Under the pieces are notes generated by a model. The model saw only the letters and a program-made list of their open reading frames with translations. It was not told where the DNA came from and did not search any database. The position numbers and the translations under genes were made by a program. This document shows positions 40,555 through 53,400 of a DNA stretch of 64,000 nt, piece by piece. The first letter of the stretch is position 1. Every line of letters begins with the position of its first letter. This stretch comes from the human T2T-CHM13v2.0 reference genome, Homo sapiens, in the NCBI RefSeq assembly GCF_009914755.1, contig NC_060945.1; one strand, given 5' to 3'.

Positions 40555-40911
40555 TGATATGGTTTGACTCTGTCCCCACCCAAATCTCATCTTGAATTGT
40601 AGCTCCCAGAATTCCCATGTGTCATGGGAGGGACCCTGTGGGAGGTAATTGAATCATGGGGTTGGGTCTTTCCCATGCTGTTCTCATGATATTGAATCAG
40701 TCTCAGGAGATCTGATAGTTTTATAAATGAGAGATCCCCTACACAAGCTCTCTTGCCTGCTGCCATGTAAGAGGTGACTTTGCTCCTCATTTGCCTTGAT
40801 TGTGAGGCCTCCCTAGACATGTGGAACTGTGAGACAATTAAACAACTTTCCTTTATAAACTACCCAGTGTCAGGTATGTCTTTATTAGCAGTGTGAGAAC
40901 AGACTAATACA
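40555..40911 (+). mobile_element. THE1 (D-like)/MST solo LTR
   Basis: TGATATGG...AATACA termini with perfect TSD gaatc/gaatc. Confidence 0.93.
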
Positions 40912-42096
40912 GAATCCTATTATATTTAAAATTTGCTTTAGAATATGCTAAAAAGATATATATGTGATGGGCTACCAAATATTATCTGTACAATGATTTA
41001 TTTCTCCCTTTGCAGCAAAAGTTTAAGCACCAGAAAACTAAAAACTCTGAAGCACAGCATTCAAATAAAATAATCTCAGGCAATTCAGGTTTCTGTGGGG
41101 TCCTCCACAAAGCCAAAAATCTTTCAACAGTGCTGTGGTCTGAGGACAGACATGTTTCGCTTAATACCTTTGTGGTTAATATGACTTTTAATAAAATTCT
41201 CCAAAATTATTTCTCCAGAATTAGGTAATATAAATAAAAGAGGCAAAGGCTGGGTTGCAAGTTGACCATTACATCATTCATTTCACCATTGTTACACAAA
41301 TATTTCTTGACCTCATTTATTTCATAGAATGTACAAGTGAATTTTTGTAACATGTAGGTTACATTTCACCAATCTATTAAACAAGTAAATATTCATATTT
41401 GAATGTATGATTGTGCTAAGAAGGGGAAAACTGCATAATTTTCTAAATTCAGAAGAAAGTAAAACTAACATTAAAAGAAAAGTATTTAAAACTAACATTA
41501 AATGTAAGATATTTATCTGAAATATTTCAAATGGATTAAAAATTACATAATAAATAGCATACCATATATTTCAATTTGGCTGTATTTAAAAAAAAGAGAA
41601 CCCAAAATAACTTTCAAATTTTTAAATTAAAAAAATTATATTTGGAATATTCTGGAGAGAGGTATACTTCTCTAAATGCCTTAGTAATTCTTGTTTGTGT
41701 AACCAAGAGATAAGAGAAAATCTAAACAAACTCCACTCAGATTTTACAGTAAAAGCCTGATTGTATAGCTGTTTGTTTATTGAGATAGGTGGGTGATAGA
41801 TTGGTGATAGGTAGCTATATAGATAAAGAGGATAAGTCATCTTAAAACCTGATAAATACCATGAACTTAATCCCTATAAACCAATAAATTATACAATATA
41901 TGTCTTCAAAATAGAAATTTAACCTTATCTGACCCACTTATGAGCAAAATTTTCTGGAGCCCTCCACTGAGTTGCTTCATCTCCATACTTTTCTTGTAGC
42001 TACTAAATAAACTAAAGTATTTTAACTTCTGTTGTTCAACAGGGAATAATTAATCTGAGATCCTTGAGGCTATTCCACTCAGCCCTCTAAACATAC

Positions 42097-42166
42097 CTGT
42101 GGCACATAAAATGGCCACGACCAAAGATAAAGACCATGGGCTTCTTCCTCTTGTTTCTCTCTTAAC
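42097..42166 (-). other. Candidate 70-nt internal exon of a minus-strand transcript
   Basis: Strong acceptor TGTCTTTGCTTCTTTAG|G, strong donor CAG|GTATGT, and a purine-rich ESE-like body (GAGGAAGAAG). Confidence 0.5.
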
Positions 42167-42796
42167 CTAAAGAAGCAAAGACACACCTACTCATGCCATA
42201 TTTGACCCTTTGTTAGCTCATTCTCCTAAGCAGAGCAGTCACTGGTCAGATTAAAAGAGCCAGGATGACCATTTGGACCTGATTTTACTGGGAGGGGAGA
42301 GGGGCAAAGAAGGGAGTTGCTGTTCCCTAAAATGAGGAACCCCTCAGCCTTCGCATTTTCCTCTTGAGTCCCACAAAGGAGCAGCAACTTTACCCACAAC
42401 GTTAGTGAGAGGAGGCCTAGCTATTCTTCTTCTTATTCTGTACCAATCCTCCACATATTTCCACATTAGAAAATATTCCTAGCATTTCTGGGCAGGCTGA
42501 GACTCTCCTCTTGGGCTCCTAGCTATTCGCACAATAGAACATACTGGCAACCTCTTACTCACAGTTTATAATACAATTCACAAAAAAGCCCACCATGTTA
42601 TTATTGCATAAATTTCTTACAAAAGCTAAACAATATTTTTACTTCTACTTGGTTAAACTATTTTACCTGCATCTACACTGTAATATTTTAAATATCTTAA
42701 GTTACATTTCATTACTTTTTATCACAGCACCTATGTAACTCAGAATAACTGTTGGAAATACGAAGTATAGTTTCCTTCTTAATCCCCAAAACTCAC

Positions 42797-43000
42797 CCCA
42801 CCTTTTCTGCAGGTTCTGAATCAAAGAGTGCCGTTTGGACCGAAAGGCCTGTGCCAGGCTTCCACACCATCTGCTTCTTAATGTAAAATAGCTCAGCTGC
42901 AGAGCAGAGTGAGCTTGACGTAACCACAGCATCTGAGGGCCCACGGCCTCTGAGACAGTGAGAATAGCACAAAGAGGTCAAGCAAAGTGTCAAGGCTGAC
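42797..43000 (-). promoter_or_regulatory. Candidate promoter and first exon of a minus-strand transcript
   Basis: Donor GGG|GTGAGT at 42797/42796, CRE/PAR-like TTGACGTAA at 42915-42923, AGGTCA half-site at 42975-42980, NR5A-like TCAAGGCTG at 42990-42998, and several CpGs. Confidence 0.4.
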
Positions 43001-43039
43001 ACCGAAAGAGCCTCATTTTTTTTTCTAGATAAAAATCAC

Positions 43040-43368
43040 GGCCAGGCGCGGTGGCTCACGCCTGTAATCCCAGCACTTTGGGAGGCCGAGGTGGGCGGAT
43101 CATGAGGTCAGGAGATCCAGACCACCCTGGCTAACACGGTGAAACCCCGTCTCTACTAAAAAATACAAAAAATTAGCCGGGCATGGCGGTGGCGGGCGCC
43201 TGTAGTCCCAGCTACTGGGGCGGCTGAGGCAGGAGAATGGCGTCAGCCCGGGAGGCGGAGCTTGCAGTGAGCCGAGATCGTGCTACCGCACTCCAGCCTG
43301 GGCTACAGAGCGAGACTCCGTCCAAAAAAAAATAAAAAATAAAAATAAATAAAAGTTAAAAATAAAAA
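43040..43368 (+). mobile_element. AluY
   Basis: CpG-rich dimer with Y-type 'ctggctaacacggtgaaacc' and 'gcggagcttgcagtgagccgag'. TSD aaaatcac. Confidence 0.95.
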
Positions 43369-43679
43369 TAAATCACAACCATAGGTTGCCAAATTAATAT
43401 TTTTAAAAAAGATTAAAAATTTTAGTTGCTTATTAAGACAGCATAGATGGTGAGTGAACTAATTATTTAGATTATTTTGCCAAGTTACAGCCAGTTACAG
43501 ATGAAGAAACAGCTCCTGTTTTTAGATAAACCTCACCCTCAGAGTGTAAAATATTTATATGAGCATGATACAGAATATCATGAGTCATTTTACGTTTATA
43601 AAGGAAAATGCCAACTCATTTCCAATGCCAGCAACTTTTTCTAAAGGTTAGGATTGTCTCTAACCAATTACAAAAAACT

Positions 43680-44090
43680 AATAAGCCAAGCTCAGATAGA
43701 GAAAGACCACAGTATCTCACTTATGTGGAATATTTAAAAAGTAGAATTCACAGAAACAGAGAGTAAAGTGGTTGCCAGAGGCTGGGGGCTAGAGGAGCTG
43801 GGAAAGTGTTGGTCAAAGCACATGGAATTTCAGTTAGATGGGATAAATAAGTTCAAGAAATCTATTGTACATCATAGGGATTACAGTTAATAACAGTACA
43901 TCGTATACGTAAAAATTCCTGAGAGTAGATTTTAAGTATTCTCACCACAACAAAATAAGTATGTGAGACAATGCATGTGTGAAATATCTTCACTTAGCCC
44001 TTCCATTATGCATACATATATCAAAAAAATCATGTTGTATGCCATCAATATATATTATTTTACTTGTCAGTTTGAAAAATCAATTTTAAA
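43680..44090 (+). mobile_element. L1MA 3'-end fragment
   Basis: 'gtggttgccagaggctgggg...ataagttcaagaaatctattgtaca'. Confidence 0.85.
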
Positions 44091-44951
44091 AGCTAATTAT
44101 TCAGGACAAACACTTTTTTTTTTAGAATAATTACGTTGGGAGATCACCATGCCATCTTTTAGAAGCAGTTTAAATCTCAGTGGAAAACAAAAGTACTTAT
44201 TAGATATATCCTTGTAGCACACCATGCTTGCATACAACTTAGAGGAACATCATTGCTCAGGCTGTCTAAATAAATGACACATAGAAAAGGGATAAAGTTA
44301 GGATATAGAAATATACAGAAAAGCAGAGGCCGATGGGGAGGTGGGGTCAGGCTTAAGGGTTTGCAACTAATTTTTATGAATACAAAAATTTTGGACAGAA
44401 ACAAATTCATGTTTCTTTCTTAAATATCAAGAGAAAAGGAGTATCTGTTTGTTATTTTTCTCTCAAAACATATTTTTTACAGTCTGTAATAGTTTTGGTA
44501 TGAGAGCCATCTTACATAATTTAAATAAATTTAAATTAAATCTTTTTTAAAAAATGGGAACAAAGAGAGAACAAAAGGGCAGTCATTTCTTAGAGAAATC
44601 TTGGTTTATTTTGCATTATTATTTTTCCAGAAAAATTATTAATAAAATATGCAATATGGAAAATAGTGATAAATCAGATCAATAAATCAAGATGCATCAA
44701 GATTCCACTGGTACTAGACTCTGTGTGGGTGTAGTGCACTGGAAAGGTGGAATTATGGAACATTTTTTAAAAGCAACTGTCCACGTGTAATTATTACAAT
44801 TAATGGGTAAAGAAATAGGCACGAGAAAAAGTGAGGCATTGTGTGAGATAAAGGAGATGAGGAATCCCAAGAATGTCACCAGAGACAGATTTTGCTTTTT
44901 AAATATTAAACATGGAAAAATTCATTCTTAGATTGCCCCATTTAGATGGTC

Positions 44952-45450
44952 ATATTAGTTTCCTATTGCTGTGGGTACCAACCACTGCAAACTTGGTGGC
45001 TTAAAACAATAGACATTTATTACCTTGTAGTTCTAGAAGTCAGAAGTTCAAAATGGGTTTCACTGGACTAAAACCAAGATGTTAGCAGGGCTGGTTCCTT
45101 TCAAAGGCTCTAAGGGAGAATTTGTTCCCATTCTTTTCCCAGCTTCTAAAAGTTACCTGCATTCCTTAAATAGTTCATTTGACCTTCATTCCTTGAAGAT
45201 CTTCATCAAAGCCAGCAGCATAGCATCTTCCAGTCTCTTTCAGACTCGGACCCTCTTGCCTCTCTCTTATAACAGCCTTGTGATTGCACTGGGCTCACGT
45301 GGATAATCCAAGATAATCTTTCCATCTCAAGATCCTTAACTTAATCACATCTGCAAAATCCCTTTTGCCATGCAAGGTAACATATTTACAAGTATAGGGG
45401 ATTAGCTCATGGACACCTTTGGGAGGGAGGGGCATTAATCTCCTATCACA
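44952..45450 (-). mobile_element. MaLR LTR (MLT1D/C-like)
   Basis: 'attagtttcctattgctg' and 'ccatctcaagatccttaacttaatcacatctgcaaaatcccttttgcca'. Confidence 0.88.
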
Positions 45451-46239
45451 ATTGTGGACTCGCATTTTGCTTTGGTTAAAATACTCTCCCAATTTGGAAG
45501 CTACTGAGCATGTTGATGCTAAAATTAATATTCCAACCTCTAGGCAAAATATTTCTCAACTGCATGGAAAGGGCTCACATGGATGATGTATTTTATTTTG
45601 GACACTTGGTTGCAGTCTAAATGAAATTAAGTTGAAAGTGGTAGCCACTCTGTGGCTGAGATGTGATTAAAGGAGTGAGATAAGACAAACACAGAAGAAT
45701 CCTGTACACACAAAAATAGATTCAGCCACAGCAAGCCCTGCTGGCATGGTGAAAAGACAATCTATACATAGACTAAATGTAAAATGAAAATTCACACAGA
45801 AGTAGTAGCTATCATGTGTACTTGACCTCTCAGGTGAAATAGAAGAATTAATATAAATCACACAAGACATTTAAAAGTGTATTCAGTCAAAACTTACATG
45901 GGTTTAGGAAATTATTTTGTAATGTGAATGAGTGATATCCCAAAGTATGTTCTCACCCCAATGTCCAGGAATTGTGGATTTTATTTGAATATGGATATCC
46001 GTGGCATACATCCAAGCAAATGGAAACTCTCTGGAAGAAATAAAACTAGACATTTCTGTCCCTCTTATCATAGCAAAGAACTTCTGCTCTAAACAAAAGC
46101 CCTGATAATTCTTTTCAAATATCTGCATTAGACATGATAACAGTCTATACAAACAATGAATTAATTGTAAGATCTGCATGCAAGGATAGGAATATTTTAT
46201 TCTAAACTTGGCTAAGCCACTTTGGTAGAGGTAGGTCAC

Positions 46240-46650
46240 TGTCTTCGTTACCTATTGCTACATAACAAATTGCCCCCAAAACTTAGTGGCTTAAATCAAC
46301 AAACATTTTTATCTCACGGTTTCTATGGATTAAGAATATGGAAGCAACCTAGCTAGGTAGCATCTCATGACTCTGCAATCAAGATGTCAGCTAGAGCAGC
46401 TGCAGTCATGTCAAGGCTCATGTGACAAAGGGTCCACTTCCGAGCTCACTCAGTTGTTGGGAGAACTCAGAAGATTTGCTTCTGACCTCTTTCCTGGGCT
46501 TCTCAACATGACTGTCCCATGATGTGGACACTGACTTTCTCCAAAGAGAACCATGCAAGAGATGGCAAAAGCACATTCATGATGGAAGCCACAGGTTTTT
46601 TTTAATAACTTAATCTCAGAAGTGACACCCATCACTGCTACCACATTCTA
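46240..46650 (-). mobile_element. MLT1 (E/F-like) LTR fragment
   Basis: 'ctattgctacataacaaattgcccccaaaacttagtggcttaaa'. Confidence 0.75.
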
Positions 46651-47317
46651 CAGTTTATTCTTGAACAATATGAGTTTGAACTGCATGGATTCACTTATAC
46701 ATGGATTTTCTCCTGCCTCTATCACCCCTAAGACAAGAAGACCAAATCTTCCTTTTCATTCTCCTCCTCAGCCTACTCAATGTGAAGATGACAAGGATGA
46801 AGACCTTTATGATGCTCCACTTCCACTTAATAAATAGTAAATATATGTTTTCTTCCTTGTGATTTTCTTAGCATTTTCTTTTCTGTAACTTACTTTATTG
46901 TAAGAATACGGTATATAATACATATGACATACAAACAAGCGCTAACCGACTGTTTATGTTATGAGTAAGGCTTCCACTCAACAGTAGGCTGTAGTAGTTA
47001 ACTGTTGGGGAAGTTAAAAATTATACAAAGATGGCCAGGTGCGGTGGCTCAACACCTGTAATCCCAGCACTTTGGGAGGCCAAGGCGGGCAGATCACGAG
47101 GTCAGGAGATCGAGACCATCCTGGCTAACATGGTGAAACCCGTCTCTAGTAAAAATACAAAAAAAAAAAAATTAGCCGGGCATGGTGGCGGGCGCCTGTA
47201 GTCCCAACTACCGGTGGCTGAGGCAGGAGAATAGCTGAACCTGGAGGGCAGAGCTTGCAGTGAGCCGAGAACGCACCACTGCACTCCAGCCTGGGCAACA
47301 GAGCAAGACTCTGTCTC

Positions 47318-47354
<37 letters not shown>

Positions 47355-47421
47355 CACAAAGATTTTTTGACTGTGCAGGGGATCAACACCTCTAACTCCC
47401 ATGTTGTTCAAGGGTCAATTC
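46651..47421. mobile_element. Tigger2a/MER28-like DNA transposon split by an Alu
   Basis: TIR-like ends 'cagtttattcttgaacaa' and 'tgttgttcaagggtcaattc', TA flanks, and internal 'cagcctactcaatgtgaagatgac'. Confidence 0.85.
47033..47352 (+). mobile_element. Alu (Sc/Y-like) with A/(TA)n tail
   Basis: Sense Alu dimer inside the Tigger element. Confidence 0.95.
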
Positions 47422-47442
47422 TATTTATTAGTAGTGAGGTAA

Positions 47443-47803
47443 TGTATTAGTCCATTTCCTTGCTGCTAATAAAGACATACCCAAGACTGGGTAGTTTATA
47501 CAGTAAAAGAAGTTTAATGGACTCACAGTTCTGTGTGGCTTGGGAGGCCTCACAATCATGGCAGAAGGCAAAAGGCACATCTTACATGGTGGCAGGGAAG
47601 GGAGAATGAGAACCAAGTGAAAGGGCAAATCCCTTGTAAAATCATCAGATCTTGTGAGGCTTATTTACTACCACAAGAATAGTATGGGAGAAAAGCCCCC
47701 ATGATTCAATTATCTCCCACTGGGTCCCTCCCATGACAGGTTGGAATTATGGGAGCTGCAATTTAAGATGAGATTTGGGTGGGGACACAGCCAAACCATA
47801 TCA
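47443..47803 (-). mobile_element. THE1 solo LTR
   Basis: 'tgtattagtcc...ccaaaccatatca' with perfect 5-bp TSD ggtaa. Confidence 0.93.
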
Positions 47804-48018
47804 GGTAACATACCCTAGCCCATATTCAACAAGTAGGAATTCTACAAAGTCACAAACACCAGGAGGTAGGAAATGTCACAGACCACCTCAGAGACTGCCT
47901 GCTGTAGTCACCTGGGAAAACTCTCCTCCTAAATTAACTTTCCTAAGGAAGTCATCGTGCTTATACTTTGGTATTGGATCATTTTAAAGCTAATTTCCTA
48001 AAGACTAATGTGTATGTC

Positions 48019-48767
48019 TATAAAAGGTAAACAAAGCCAGACACTACAGTGGTAAAGACAAATTTGTAATCAGTAATATACTATTGCCGCACAGAAGAGT
48101 GTCCAGTGTAGGCTGAACTCAACTTTGATTTGTGCAGAGGTAACTGAGCATTTTAAAGGGAGAATGGGAAGGTTGACAAGGGGTCTAGTAGCCTATCAGT
48201 AGAGTCAGAAGTGAAAAATTACTGAGACTTGGTCACTAAATGTCAATTAAACCAGCTGTATCTGTTGGCTGCAAATTGCCCAAGTTAGAATTCTCTCCTG
48301 TCACAGAGACTGGGAGTCAGAGACCCTTTCCTCTTCCTAATTGTTACATATTAAAGGAATGGCTTTCAAGTCCTTGAAAAACACACTTCTGTGTTGTAGG
48401 AGATACATATACATCTCAAAGGGATGGATGAAAGATTCACAATCATGAACAGTTTTTAGAAAATGCTTGAAAAGAATTGTCAGAGCTCTATAATCAGGTG
48501 TTGGCTATGACAGTCAATTCTTTTGGCAGCCTTGAACTTTCTCAGGTAGGCTCTGTAAGGGGACTGGGATCATCCTAGAGATGCAACCTTGAAATGTTAG
48601 AAACTATGCTAGTGTTTGTTTCAGCCTTTTAATGCCAGAGGATGGGACAGACAGACAAAATCATCTATGCTGAGAGTTTTTATAGGCCAAGATCAAGAGT
48701 TTTTATAGCCAAGAGGAAGGCCCAATGGAGACTACCTAGAGTTTGGTCAAAGGAATAATCTTTGTCA
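48019..48767 (-). mobile_element. ERV1 solo LTR (MER67/MER31-like)
   Basis: Minus strand starts TGACAAAGATTATTCCTTTGACCAAACT. Perfect 4-bp TSD tgtc. Confidence 0.75.
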
Positions 48768-49759
48768 TGTCCATATTATGACACTTTAAGCCCATTCATT
48801 CTCTATTGGGCCTCAGTTACCAAGTGCATTAATATGCAAGTTCAGTGGTACCTGAGTCAGTACTGGTGAAGACAGGCATCCGTTCATGCTACTCGGTTCT
48901 CCACCTGTGACTGGAATTCCTCAGCTAATTTATCACCTTCTTCCTTGCTCGTGGGTTGGCTGATCATGGGCCTTGTCGCCTGTTGGTCCCCCAAATGTAG
49001 AATCAATTTGTCTGCCAGCTTGGCTAGATGTAGAAGCCAGCTGGCTATGCTGACTATTCTCAGGACCAGGGAGAACCCAAAGAACAGCCCCTCCAGGACA
49101 GCCAGCCAGGCCCCAGCAAACCAGCCAGAAATTTCTGAAAACTTCCAGAGCTGGTCAGCTATGCTTGACATCTGTGTTCCAGAGCCGGGGACCCTCATTC
49201 CAAACTCACAGGGCCAACTCTTGCTATAATATGTAGCTTTTATTTTCCATTTGCACTCTTCTTCTGATATTTTTGCATGTTCAGGGCTGGTCAATCTTAG
49301 TAGAAAGAAACACTTTGTTATGTTCAAACTTTTCAAGCAGACATTGTTCAGTGCATTTTCCAAACCAGAAGGTACTAATTAAAAGCACTTCGGTAAGATT
49401 CTGGATTTTCCAGTACTCAGTTCCCCAAACTGAACGGGAACACATACAGGAAAACATTCATTTATTAAAAAGTTGAAGTACTATGTGATAGAATGAAATG
49501 TAGTGGAATCACCAATAGCAGGTCTATTATCTTTGATGTCAATATTTCTAATATTTTCCATAACATGTATCACAAATAGCTGAGTCTTTTTTTTTAAATA
49601 TCACAAATATCACAAATAGCTGAGTCTTTTTTATTTTAAGCCCTTCCAGTGCTTATAGTAAGTAGTCTTTTTAGAAAAAAATCAAGTTTTCAGTGACTTT
49701 TATAAACTTTGGGACAAAATGGTTATGCAATGTAACAATAATACCAATGTTGAAGCACT

Positions 49760-50400
<641 letters not shown>

Positions 50401-53400
50401 TGAAGCACTGTATATTAAATGTCACCTGAGGCCTGTTTCCAGTTATCTCCGAGCTTCAATTTACTTGTCTTTGAATTTATGTTAATGTTCCCCTTCTCTC
50501 TCTGGGTTGATGTGAGAAGGGAAATGAAATCACATACATGAAAGCTCCTAGCACAATGTCTGTTCTATAATAAATGTAAAATTAATATTTGTTTTTCTGG
50601 TTGGAAGGTTATAATTTTTTAAATTATAGATGTTTCTTCAGAAGGAATAGAAGAAAAAATGTTAGGTCTTTGCATGTCTTAATCTACAAACTGTCACCCC
50701 AAGACAGCTTTGTACTCAAAATGTGAATTTAGTCCCTTTAGATGATGAGTTGAGGGGAGGGTGAGTTGTTTGTTTTTGATCCCTTGTTGAATGGATAGTC
50801 AACCTAAAACCACAGTTCTTACTTGAGTGTCTCCCATAGACACTAGCAGAAAATAATTATTTTATGCCTTCACTGTGATAAGATTTGATATCTCTTTTAT
50901 GAGAGATCTTAAATGCCTATATTTTCTGGAGGCCGTTAATCCATTTTATTCTTTTTCTGTTGCAACAGACTGATGTTGGCAGTATCTCTAAAAACAATGA
51001 AAGAGGGGAAGGTTTTCGACTAATTAAATATGTTGGATGCTTACTATATATTCACAACATGGTCTTAAATGAAATGGGCAATAATATATTTGGATTAAAA
51101 AGAAAAGAGAAGCAAAAATAATTTAGAGAGTTGAACAGAAGTGCGCTAGAGGAAATGCCAAATACACGTTCAGGGACTGAGATTAGGCAATTCAGGCTGA
51201 AACACATGGATTATGTATAAGAGTAAATGACAACATGCTTCCTCATTTAGCTATCAACTGTCATCTCACTGGCCGTTCACTTCCAGGCAAGAGCTCTGCC
51301 AGATTTCTCAAATGAATTTTCTACACCCATTACATCTGTTTCCTCTCCACCTACTTTCCCCTTTACCCCATGTAATTTGCTTTCCATTTCCAACAATGTG
51401 CCAAGTGCATGCTTGCAAAGTTCACTAATGACTATATTATTGCCAAAACAGGTGACCTTCTCTCTTCTTTTGTCTTTTATTCTACAGGACATCTCCAGTG
51501 CATTTGACACTTTCTCTTAATATTTTTTCTTACCTACAGTCTTAATCTTTTGCCTTAGTTTCTCTATGTTTTCTAACCATTTCTAGTTATTTTTCCTCAT
51601 TTTCTTCCCCAGAAACATCTCTGTGCATTACTCAACTCAAAAGGTCTGTTCCTCAGACCCTATCTCCATATATTTTCTGCCCTGGAATGCAGCCATACTC
51701 CAAGCCTTGACTATCCCTTATCAAATGTCGCTTTTCTATGCTGCTGGCCCATTTTCACAGGAATGTGCAGCGCCCTCACATTAACCCTGCATGTTCTATC
51801 CCCACCATCTCTTCTCCTCTCAAATGTGACAGTCTTCTCACATGCACCAGCCACCCTCAACCATCTAGCCTATGTGCAGTTCCCATAGTTAATAAAAAAT
51901 CTGCTAGTTAATTCATGTTCTCTCACATTGCACAGACTTTTTGCATATACTTCCCTCCACCTGGAATGACCTTCCTATCCTGTGAGACTTTTTAATATCT
52001 GCCAGTCTTCCAAGACTCTGCTAAAGTCCTTAATAAGTATTTCCTACCTCCCTATTTTAAGGCAAATGCTCCTCTTCCTTCTGTTTTAAGAGTTGATTTT
52101 GGAGGTTTAGTCTCCTGTTTCTTTCAGGTTGTGAATACTTTAAAAAGACAGTCACTATTTATCTCTTTCCTCTGCTTCCAATGCCCAGCATAATTTGTAA
52201 CCCACCACACTTAATCAAAACCTCCTTGTTCAATGAAAACATGAATAAAGCAAGCCAGGCAGTTGCCAGGTCTGCCTCTCTGGTGAGTTCTCTAGTCTTA
52301 GGTGTGTAACTGATTCCTTGGCATGTCCATCTCCACTCATCTCAAATCCAGTACTTTCAATACTTGAAACAATACCTCAGTTTACAATGGAGATCTCCCA
52401 ATTTAAAGCTTATTCTCTAAGAATTTCCCATTGAAACCAGGATTTTCTCCTCTGTTAGACTGTAAGCTTCTTACGTGACTATTGCATTTCCCCTAGAACT
52501 AAATAATTCTTAACCCATGTATGTGCATAAGTTTGGACTAAATGAAAGGTTAAATAGTAAATACAAATACTGGAAATGTAACTTGGAGCCAGTTGGTAGG
52601 AAACTAAAACCAAATGTTGGCTCTGCCTAGAAGACTTTCTACTTGGTCTTTGTCAAAATCCTTCTCCAGTGTCAATTCCTCCGTTAAACTCTTCCTCAGG
52701 TTCCACTTCGCAGATGGTACTTGGGAGATCTGTTATTACAGTGGTTTTGAATGTGCTTTTGCCCACTCCTTCCCCCCACCATCTCCCAACAGTAAGGTAG
52801 CTGAGGTCACAACTTCCTATTGCTTTTAGAAAAATACCTTGCCCAGACTGGACATTTGTAGCTATTTGGCTGAACTGAGGCACCAAGAGCTGGGACCCAC
52901 AGACTTCATCAGAGGTGTTAAGAGTTCAAGAGAAGTGATCGGGTACGCAGAGAGCTAGTCAGCAATAGAGAAGCCCCAAAAAGCTGACAGCTTATTTCAC
53001 AAGTCTTTGCCCCTTTCAGAAAAGGAAAAGACAGCTCTGGAATGTTCTAAGTGACCATTTCTTTTCACAGGAACCCTCACCATTATCCACTCCAAAAGGG
53101 CCAGATAAAAAGCTGGACTCTGCCAAGCACCCTCAAATCCAGTTACATGACTAAACCGTTAAACAGACATCCTGATTCAAAGGCCCGGGGTAACTTGCCC
53201 TAGCATTTCCTATGAGAACATGTCTGTTTAATAACAATGTAATAACAGATAATAAGGACACCAATCACAGAGAGAGCTGGTTCGGCCCATGTTAAAAGTT
53301 GATGATAATTACTAGACTAAACAAATTATTAAAAATATGTCTCTATCTTCAATCTGAATTTTTAAATACTTAAGAATAACTTGGGAACTGAGGTTCAATT

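Noticed and set aside
45904-46239. 111-aa minus-strand ORF
   Set aside because: No recognisable domain or splice context. Length is compatible with chance.
49568-49637. Short tandem duplication of tatcacaaatagctgagtctttttt
   Set aside because: Ordinary local slippage duplication with no sign of function.
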